A stretch of DNA of 64,000 nucleotides from an uncultured Acidobacteriota bacterium (GTDB taxonomy: Bacteria; Actinomycetota; Acidimicrobiia; Spongiisociales; ZC4RG35), in contig CAWHEU010000018.1 of NCBI GenBank assembly GCA_963828465.1, positions 323,492 to 387,491 on the forward strand, written 5' to 3'. This document shows, in pieces, positions 56,382 through 64,000 of the stretch (its first letter is position 1; each line of letters starts with the position of its first letter). The notes beneath the pieces are model-generated. The model ran no database searches and was not told the origin of the DNA. It saw only the letters and a program-made list of their open reading frames with translations. Both the position numbers and the translations under genes were made by a program.

Positions 56382-58088
56382 TCAGCCCTCGGGAATTATC
56401 GGCTCTGCGCTCTCGACGAGACGGGGGGCGTACTCGAATTCAGGGGTGATGGTGAACGCACCCTCCAGGATGGCGCTGGCGATGTAGAAGCTCTCGGTCT
56501 GGTTGCCATCCGACTCGATGATGTTCATCGAGCCGGGTTGCATGTTGGCCCCGAAGTTGACCTCTTCCTGTCCGCTCCAGTCACCGATGTTCCAGAAAGG
56601 CCCGATCTCGGACGGGTTGTCGCCGGGGCCCTGGATGACCGAATCCCAGGCGAGGAGTGTCGGTCTCTGATACATCGGGATCATCGGGACCCCGGCGAGC
56701 CATAGCTCGTCGGCTTGGTTGTAGGTCGCGGCCCGCTCGTCCGGGTCGACGATCGTGTCCGTTTGCCTGATCAGCGCGTCCACCTCTTCGTCGCAATAGC
56801 GAAAGAAGTTCAGATCGCCGAAGCCGTTCGATGCGTTGCCCTGGCAGTAATAGCGGCTGTTGCCCCAGGACGGGTCCGGGGAGGCGACCCAGGCCAGGTT
56901 CGTCACCTGCCAGACGTCGGCCCCTCCCTGCAGATTGGCGGTCTGCAACAACTCGGAGGTAGGCCCGAAACTCGGAGTTATCTCTATGCCGATGGCAGCG
57001 AGATCGGCCTGCGCGAGTTCGAAATGCATGTCCCGGGCGTCGCTGCCCGATGTGGTCGCCCAACTGAATGAGAGACGCTGGTCGCCGCAAACGTAGATGT
57101 CGTCTTCACCCCGGACACAACCGTTGCCCGACAGCAGCGCTTCGGCGGCCGCAGGGTCGTAGGGGAACTGGCCGTTGAAGTGGTCCACGTAGTGATCACT
57201 GCTGTTCAACCAGACCGAGTTCCCGAGGAGCTGGCCGCCCGGAGTGATTGGCCGGACAACCGCTTCCATCATCATGTCGCGGTTGATGCCCTGGGCGATG
57301 GCCTGGCGGACGAAGAGGTTCCGCAGCCTGGGGTCATCCTGGTTGAAGCCGAAGTACTCCCACACGGGGCCCAGGCCTGTCACCGAGTCGACCTCGCCGA
57401 TGCCCGCCACCTCTTCCAACAGGGATACATCGGGCTGCGGGTAGATCATGTCGACCTCGCCATCCCCGAGCGCGTCCACCTGGACCTCCTCGTCGCCGAG
57501 AAACAGGACGTTGAGGGTCTGCACGTCACCGGTTGCCTCACCCCAGTAGTTGGGATTCCGCGCCAGCGTGATCCGCTCCTCAGGCACCCATTCGACGAAT
57601 GTGAACGGCCCCGTGCCCATCGTGATGGCATCGTCCCAGACGGTGTTGAAGGGCTCGCCCTCGAGGATGTGCGCCGGCAGGATCGAGCTGAACAGTGTCT
57701 GCCACGGCGCATAGATCTCGTCGAAGGCGAAGACGACCGTCTTGTCATCGACGACCTCGTACCCGGTGATCAGGTGGTAACCCTCCCGACTGGTGATGTC
57801 CTGCGCGGGGTCAGCGATGGTCTCGTAGGTAAAGACGAAGTCGGCGGCGGTCACATGCGTTCCATCGGCCCAGGCCGCCTCCTGACGGATGTTGTACCTG
57901 ACGCAGAATGTGTCACGGCACTCGCCCACCACCGTGGTTGTGGGAGCGACCGTTGTCGTGGTCACTGGCGCCGCCCTAGTGGTGACCACCGCCACCGTGG
58001 TCGTTGGCTCGGCCTCACCGGTGCAAGCCACCGTCGACATCACCAGGGCGACGAGAAGGGCCGAACGTATCGGAACCGTCCTTCTCAT
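56382..58088 (-). CDS. Family-5 (peptide/nickel) ABC substrate-binding lipoprotein, apparently circularly permuted
   Basis: TVAC lipobox, WADGTHVTAADFVFT, GTGPF, RNPNYW, VRQAIAQGINR. Confidence 0.88.
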   Translation of the reverse strand: MRRTVPIRSALLVALVMSTVACTGEAEPTTTVAVVTTRAAPVTTTTVAPTTTVVGECRDTFCVRYNIRQEAAWADGTHVTAADFVFTYETIADPAQDITSREGYHLITGYEVVDDKTVVFAFDEIYAPWQTLFSSILPAHILEGEPFNTVWDDAITMGTGPFTFVEWVPEERITLARNPNYWGEATGDVQTLNVLFLGDEEVQVDALGDGEVDMIYPQPDVSLLEEVAGIGEVDSVTGLGPVWEYFGFNQDDPRLRNLFVRQAIAQGINRDMMMEAVVRPITPGGQLLGNSVWLNSSDHYVDHFNGQFPYDPAAAEALLSGNGCVRGEDDIYVCGDQRLSFSWATTSGSDARDMHFELAQADLAAIGIEITPSFGPTSELLQTANLQGGADVWQVTNLAWVASPDPSWGNSRYYCQGNASNGFGDLNFFRYCDEEVDALIRQTDTIVDPDERAATYNQADELWLAGVPMIPMYQRPTLLAWDSVIQGPGDNPSEIGPFWNIGDWSGQEEVNFGANMQPGSMNIIESDGNQTESFYIASAILEGAFTITPEFEYAPRLVESAEPIIPEG

Positions 58089-59176
58089 ATCACAGTTTCG
58101 GAGTCGTGCCCATGGTCCAGGATCACAGCGTGTTCATTTCGGGTCTCGGAGATGAGCGCCTGGATGATCCCGGTCATCGGCAGGGCGAGGATCACACCGA
58201 TCGGCCCCAACAGGGCGGACCCGATGATGATGGCTCCGATCGAGACGGCGGGATGGATCTCCATGGTCTTCTGGGTTATCCGGGGTGCGATCAGGTAGTT
58301 CTCGATCTGTTGATAGGCCAGGAAGTACACGATCACCCAGAGCATGGTGCCCAAGCCGCCCGAAGAAAGGGCAACGACGGCGGGGAGGATGGCGGCAAGA
58401 TAGGTGCCTACCACCGGGATGAATTGGCTGAGCACACCGACCCAGATCCCCAGCGACACCGCGAAGGGGACTCCAAGGAGGGTAAGAAAGCCTGCGGTGA
58501 GTAGGCCACTGAGTAGGGCGAGGATCAGCCTGGAGTAGATGTACAAACCCATCTTCTCCACCGCCACGTCCCAGATGTGCAGAGCGTCACGCTGGCGCTC
58601 CTGGTTCATCGTGGAGAGGACGGTCCGCTGCAGCTTGGGCAGTTCGGCGATCATGTAGAACGAGAAGAGGGCGACCGTGGTGGCGAAGAAGAGGAAGCTG
58701 AAGATGCCCGTCGTGACGCTGACCACCCCTCCCAGGATGGTCCCCCCGGAACCGGCGATGAGGTCGGGCAGTCTGGCCGCCTCCTGCTGGAGAGATTCCG
58801 TGGACAAGTCGAGGTTGAACCAGTCGTTCAATTGCTGGGCGACGGATTCGATGTACCCGGGTAGCTGGTCGATCAGCTCGTTGAACTGGTTGACGAACAG
58901 TGGGACGAGGAGCGCGACAAACGCCACGATCAAAAGGAAGACCACCAGGAATACGACGCCGGTGGCAAGGCCTCGCTTCCAGCCCCGCTTCTCGAGAAAG
59001 TGGACCGGAGGCTCTAGGGCGACGGCGATGAACAGCGCGACGAACACCATGAAGATAAGAGTCCTGAGGCGGAAAAGCAGGTAGAGCGCCAGCGCAGTGA
59101 GCAAGAGCACCCCGGCTACGACCAGCGTCCGTCGCCGGAAGACGCGGTTATCCGTTCGCTCCTCGATCTTGTTCAT
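58085..59176 (-). CDS. AI-2E family transporter
   Basis: FIPVVG, YQQIENYLIAPRI, GPIGVILALP. Confidence 0.92.
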   Translation of the reverse strand: MNKIEERTDNRVFRRRTLVVAGVLLLTALALYLLFRLRTLIFMVFVALFIAVALEPPVHFLEKRGWKRGLATGVVFLVVFLLIVAFVALLVPLFVNQFNELIDQLPGYIESVAQQLNDWFNLDLSTESLQQEAARLPDLIAGSGGTILGGVVSVTTGIFSFLFFATTVALFSFYMIAELPKLQRTVLSTMNQERQRDALHIWDVAVEKMGLYIYSRLILALLSGLLTAGFLTLLGVPFAVSLGIWVGVLSQFIPVVGTYLAAILPAVVALSSGGLGTMLWVIVYFLAYQQIENYLIAPRITQKTMEIHPAVSIGAIIIGSALLGPIGVILALPMTGIIQALISETRNEHAVILDHGHDSETVI

Positions 59177-59252
59177 CGACGAGGAGGTTAGGACCGGTAA
59201 GGCGGCTGTATTGGCAGCGATCTAGCCTCCGACACCACCTACGAGGAGGGCA

Positions 59253-61178
59253 ATGGAAGGTTCAGATGTGGTGTGGAGGCCCACTCCGGAGAGGACGGCG
59301 GCTTCCAACACGGCCGCCTTCATGCGCGCACATCAGATCGCAACAGTGGATGAGCTGCGTCAGAGGTCGGCATCCGACCCCGAATGGTTCTGGGAGGCGG
59401 TCGTCGATTTTCTCGACCTTCCCTTCGAAAGGCCATGGAGGGCCGTTCGGGACACATCCAGAGGGCATCAGTGGGCCACCTGGTTCGTCGGCGGTGGCTT
59501 CAACCTGAGCCAGGCGTGCGTCGACAGGTGGGCCGACGACGACGCGGACCGGATCGCGCTGCGCAGCGAGAAAGAGACGGGTGAGATCCGGGAGCTGTCG
59601 TTTGGCCAGCTGAGGGACGTCGTTGGCCGTCTGGGCGCTGCATTGACCGGGCTCGGCGTCTCCAAGGGGGATGCGGTTGCCGTGTTTCTGCCCATGGGCG
59701 TAGAGGCAGTGGTGTCGCTCCTCGCCGTGGCCCGAATCGGAGCGATCTTCATCCCGGTCTTCTCGGGGTACGGAGCCGAGGCAGTGGCGACCCGCCTCGG
59801 TGATCCGCGGCCCAAGTTGATGATCTGCGCCGACGGCTTCCAGCGCCGGGGCACGCTGATCGAGATGAAGGAGGTCGCAGACGAGGCGATCGACACCGCC
59901 GGTGGTGTGGACCGTGTCCTCGTCGTCGACTACTCCGGCCGGTCCGACACCCCGATGATCGAAGGGCGGGACGTGTGGTGGGACGATGTGGTCCCGGACG
60001 CCGAGCCGGTCCCCCCAGTCGCCACCAGCACCGAGGCTCCCGTGCTGATCGCCTACACCTCGGGCACCACCGGCAGGCCAAAGGGAGCCGTCCACGTCCA
60101 CGCCGGCCTCACGGTGAAGGTCGCAGCCGAGGGTGCCTTCCACGCCGAGATCGGCCGGGACGACGTCGTGATGTGGGCCACGGACATGGGTTGGATCATG
60201 GGCCCATGGATGGTCCTCGCCGGTCTGGCCAACGGGGCGGCCCTGGCCACGTACGACGGGGCGCCCGACCATCCAGGCCCGGATCGGCTCTGGGCGGTGG
60301 CGGCCAATCTCGGCGTGACATTCCTAGGGATCTCACCCACGCTCATCCGTGCCTTGCGGCCCCACGGCGCCCAACAGGCCCGCCGTCACGACCTCTCCCG
60401 GCTCCACACTTTTGGATCCACCGGTGAGCCGTGGAACCCCGATCCGTGGTGGTGGCTGTTCGACGAAGTCGGAGAGAGGAAACGGCCGATCATCAACATC
60501 ACCGGAGGGACCGAGATCGGCGCGGTCATCGTCGGGGTCAACATCCTGCAAGGGCTCAAGCCGACGTCGGTGGGATTCCCATCGTTCGGGATCGACGCCG
60601 ACATCTACGACGCCGACGGAAATCCGGTGCGTGGAGAGGTAGGCGAGCTGGTGATCAGAGGCTCATGGCCGGGGATGACCCGCGGCTTCTGGGGCGAGCC
60701 CGAGCGATACCTCGAGACCTACTGGTCCCGTTTCCCCGACGTCTGGGTGCATGGCGACTGGGCCTCGACCGACGACGACGGATTCTGGTTTCTACACGGC
60801 AGGTCGGACGACACCCTCAATATCGCCGGCAAGCGCGTTGGCCCGGCCGAGATCGAGTCGGCGGTGGTGGCCCTTCCCGAGGTCACCATGGCCGCGGCGA
60901 TCGGAATCCCCGACGATGTGAAGGGGGAGTCGATCGCGCTCTACGTCGTGCCCTCGCCCGATGTGGAGCCCGACGACAACCTCACCGCAGCGGTTGTTGC
61001 CGCTGTGACCGCGACGATGGGCAAGGCGTTCCGCCCGAAAGATGTCCGTTGGGTGGCTGACCTGCCCCGAACCAGGTCGGCGAAGATCATGCGCCGGGTG
61101 ATCAAGGCAGTGGCCCTTGGGGAGGAGCCGGGCGACCTGTCCGGTCTGGAGAACCCGGAGAGCCTGAAAGGGCTTTGA
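59253..61178 (+). CDS. Acetate/acyl--CoA ligase (AMP-forming)
   Basis: [42 protein letters not shown]. Confidence 0.93.
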   Translation: MEGSDVVWRPTPERTAASNTAAFMRAHQIATVDELRQRSASDPEWFWEAVVDFLDLPFERPWRAVRDTSRGHQWATWFVGGGFNLSQACVDRWADDDADRIALRSEKETGEIRELSFGQLRDVVGRLGAALTGLGVSKGDAVAVFLPMGVEAVVSLLAVARIGAIFIPVFSGYGAEAVATRLGDPRPKLMICADGFQRRGTLIEMKEVADEAIDTAGGVDRVLVVDYSGRSDTPMIEGRDVWWDDVVPDAEPVPPVATSTEAPVLIAYTSGTTGRPKGAVHVHAGLTVKVAAEGAFHAEIGRDDVVMWATDMGWIMGPWMVLAGLANGAALATYDGAPDHPGPDRLWAVAANLGVTFLGISPTLIRALRPHGAQQARRHDLSRLHTFGSTGEPWNPDPWWWLFDEVGERKRPIINITGGTEIGAVIVGVNILQGLKPTSVGFPSFGIDADIYDADGNPVRGEVGELVIRGSWPGMTRGFWGEPERYLETYWSRFPDVWVHGDWASTDDDGFWFLHGRSDDTLNIAGKRVGPAEIESAVVALPEVTMAAAIGIPDDVKGESIALYVVPSPDVEPDDNLTAAVVAAVTATMGKAFRPKDVRWVADLPRTRSAKIMRRVIKAVALGEEPGDLSGLENPESLKGL

Positions 61179-61179
61179 C

Positions 61180-62184
61180 CTACTCGGCCTCTGCGAAGAT
61201 CTCGCGTGGGGCAGCGAAATGACAGGCGGCCAGCGTGTCGAAATGCTGCTCCAACTGTGGCTCGACCTCGGCACAGATGTCCTGGGCCTTCCAACACCGG
61301 GTGCGGAAGTGGCACCCGGAAGGAGGATTGGCCGCCGAAGGCACGTCACCCTGGAGGAGGATGCGCGTCTGTCGGCGTGGAATTCGGGTCGGGCACCGGC
61401 ACCGCCGACATGAAGTGCCTGGGTATAGGGGTGCGAAGGATTCCCGTAGAGATCCGACTCGACCCCCTCCTCGACGATCTTGCCCAGGTACATCACGGCA
61501 ACACGGTCGGAGATGTGACGAACAATCGAGAGGTCGTGGGCGATGAAGATGTAGGAGAGGTTGAACTCGTCCTGGATGTCCTCGAGCAGATTCACCACCT
61601 GGGCCTGCACCGAAACATCGAGGGCAGAGACCGGCTCGTCACAGATGATGATGCTCGGGTTGAGGGCCAAGCGCCCGGGCCACCCCGATCCGCTGGCGCT
61701 GCCCACCGGAGAACTGGTGCGGATACCTGTTGATGTGATTGGGGTTGAGCCCGACCAGCTCCAGGAGCTGGCGAACCCGATCCCTGACCTTGTCCTTGGG
61801 GAGCAGATCGGTGTGGATCGCCCACGGCTCGGCGATGATGTCCCCGACCGTCATCCTCGGGTTGAGCGAGGCGTACGGGTCCTGGAAGATGATCTGGATG
61901 TGCCGGCGCAGCTCACGCATGTCGCCTTTGTCCAGCGAGAAGATGTCGGTGCCCTTGTAAGAGGCGGCTGCCCGATGTCGGCTCGATCAGACGGAGCAGG
62001 GTGCGGGCCACGGTCGACTTGCCGCAGCCCGATTCGCCGACGACAGCCCCAGTGTCTCCCCGGGCATCAGGTCGAAGCTGACCCCGTCGACGGCCTTGAT
62101 CGAGCCGACCTGGCGACGGAAGACGCCCTGCCGGATCGGGTAATGCTTGACCAGGTCCTGAACGGAGAGGATCGGCTCAGTCAT
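61180..62184 (-). CDS. Oligopeptide ABC ATP-binding protein (OppF-like), multiply frameshifted
   Basis: Fragments [37 protein letters not shown] across several frames. Confidence 0.8.
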
Positions 62185-63211
62185 TTGAGAACACCTCGGC
62201 AAAATGACAGGCCGAGGTCCGGCCCTCCATGATCTCGCGCAAGCGGCGGATCGTCGGTCCGACAGATGTCCTGGACGTAGTCACAACGGGGATGGAAGGG
62301 GCACCCGGCAGGGATGTGGAGCAGGTCGGGTGGCGATCCCTTGATCGGGGAGAGACGACCGCCCTTGTGGTCGGGCCGGACGAGCGAGCGCATCAGGCCC
62401 TCGGTGTAGGGGTGATAGGGATGTTGATAGAGGTCACGGATGTCGGCGGTCTCCACGATCTCGGCGGCATACATGACCGAGACCCTGTCGGCCACCTCGG
62501 CAACCACCCCGAGGTCGTGGGTGATCAGGATCAGCCCCATCCCGGTCTGCTGCTGCAGATCGGCGAGGAGCCCCATGATCTGCGCCTGCACCGTGACGTC
62601 GAGGGCGGTCGTCGGCTCGTCGGCGATGAGTACGTCGGGATCGAGGGCGAGGGCCATAGCGATCATCACCCGTTGGCGCATGCCGCCGGAGAACTCATGT
62701 GGATAGGCGTTGACCCGCTCAGCGGCCGAGGGGATCTTCACCATGTTCATCAACTCGACGGCCCGCTTGTAGCCCTCTGACTTGGACATGCCCCGATGCT
62801 TCTGAAACATCTCAGCGATCTGCCAGCCCACCGTGAACACCGGGTTGAGCGCGGTGAGGGCGTCCTGGAAGATCATCGAGATCCGATCGCCCCTGATCTG
62901 ACGTCGCTCCTTCTCCTCCATCTTGAGAAGGTCCTTGCCCCGGAAGAGGATCTCGCCGCCGGTGACGAACCCGGGCGGAGAGTCGATGATCCCCATGATC
63001 GCCTGCGCACTCACGGTTTTCCCCGAGCCCGACTCTCCTACGATGGCCAGCGTCTCGCCTTTGTCGACCTGGTAGCTCACCTTGTTCGACGCCTTCACCG
63101 TGCCGGCACGCATCCGGAACTCGACCTCGAGGTCACGCACCTCGAGCAGGACCGCCCAGAAACAGGGTCGAGGGCGCCGACCGCAGTGTCCAGCGGAGTG
63201 ACGTTGGTCAT
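62177..63211 (-). CDS. Oligopeptide ABC ATP-binding protein (OppD-like), frameshifts near 63155 and 62241
   Basis: [32 protein letters not shown]; alternate frames restore the N-terminus and SACHFAE C-terminus. Confidence 0.85.
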
Positions 63212-64000
63212 CGCAGCTTGGGATCCAAGGCGTCGCGGAGGGCGTCACCCATCAGGATGAAGGCGAACACGGTCAAACTGAGGAATAGCCCGGGGAAGAG
63301 GAGGAGGTGGGGTGCTGCGAGGATCCGCTGCTGGGCCGCATAGATCATCAGCCCCCAGGAGATGGCGGGAAGCTGCAGTCCGACGTTGAGGAACGACAGG
63401 GAGGCCTCGACGAGATGATGACCACGCCGACGGTGATAGTGGCATACACGATGACCGGGGTGATCCCGTTGGGGAGGACATGCCTTGTGATGATCCTCCA
63501 ATCGCTGGCGCCCATGGCACGGGCGGCGTCGACGTAGTCGAGTTCGTTGACCGAGAGCACCGACGATCGCATCAGTCGAAGCATGGTGGTCCACCCGAAC
63601 ACGATGAGCACCAACGCCACGGTCCAGAACCCCTTGCTGCCCAGGGCATTGAGGAAGACGAGGGCGGCGAGGATGAGCGGGATGGCGAGACAAGATGTCG
63701 GTGACCCGGGAGAGCAACGAATCGATCCATCCCCCCTTGTACCCGGCCAGGGAGCCGAGCGTGACCGCGATGAGAGTGGCGAAGAAAGTGACGAGGAGGC
63801 CGATCGAGACCGAGGTTCGTGCCCCGTGAATGGTGCGGGCGTAGTAGTCACAACCCTGCAGGTCGGTTCCGAACCAATGCTCCGAGCTGGGTGGTTGGAG
63901 GGAATCGATGAGGCTGCACTCCCGGGGGTCGATCGAGGTGAACAGAGTGGGGACGGCGGCCATGACCACCATGAAGATGATGAGGAGAGCGGAGACGATG
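63208..64000 (-). CDS. Oligopeptide ABC permease (OppC-like), 5' end outside window, frameshifted
   Basis: HWFGTD, YVDAARAMGAS EAA loop, EASLSFL, GDALRDALDP in alternating frames. Confidence 0.85.
   Translation of the reverse strand, partial: IVSALLIIFMVVMAAVPTLFTSIDPRECSLIDSLQPPSSEHWFGTDLQGCDYYARTIHGARTSVSIGLLVTFFATLIAVTLGSLAGYKGGWIDSLLSRVTDILSRHPAHPRRPRLPQCPGQQGVLDRGVGAHRVRVDHHASTDAIVGALGQRTRLRRRRPCHGRQRLEDHHKACPPQRDHPGHRVCHYHRRRGHHLVEASLSFLNVGLQLPAISWGLMIYAAQQRILAAPHLLLFPGLFLSLTVFAFILMGDALRDALDPKLR

Overview
High-GC window of actinobacterial chromosome, most consistent with Acidimicrobiia (inferred from the AdnAB-like pair, homodimeric AceE, InhA-type FabI, DUF222-HNH genes and many leaderless TANNNT promoters). 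It is mostly housekeeping and catabolic genes: fabI, gdhA, adnAB-like, plsY, dtd, plsB, aceE, moeZ-mec, mug, nfuA, thiN, pckA, a fatty-acid beta-oxidation cluster, ABC systems and a copper-protein operon. The most interesting signals are: (1) two unannotated, highly structured minus-strand RNA candidates (~360 and ~150 nt), each with its own sigma-70-type promoter, many UUCG/GNRA tetraloops and a shared covarying 3' hairpin, flanking a DUF222-HNH nuclease gene; (2) four PafBC/RecA-NDp-like damage promoters (TGTCNN-N10-TANNNT) driving both HNH genes, a solo RecB/Cas4-like nuclease and a 45-aa microprotein upstream of adnAB; (3) an apparently circularly permuted family-5 ABC substrate-binding lipoprotein; (4) a CCAEP-tail radical SAM gene with a SECIS-like hairpin right after the Cys codon. 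Several single-base frameshifts are probably long-read sequencing errors. All family calls come from motif recognition by eye, not database searches.
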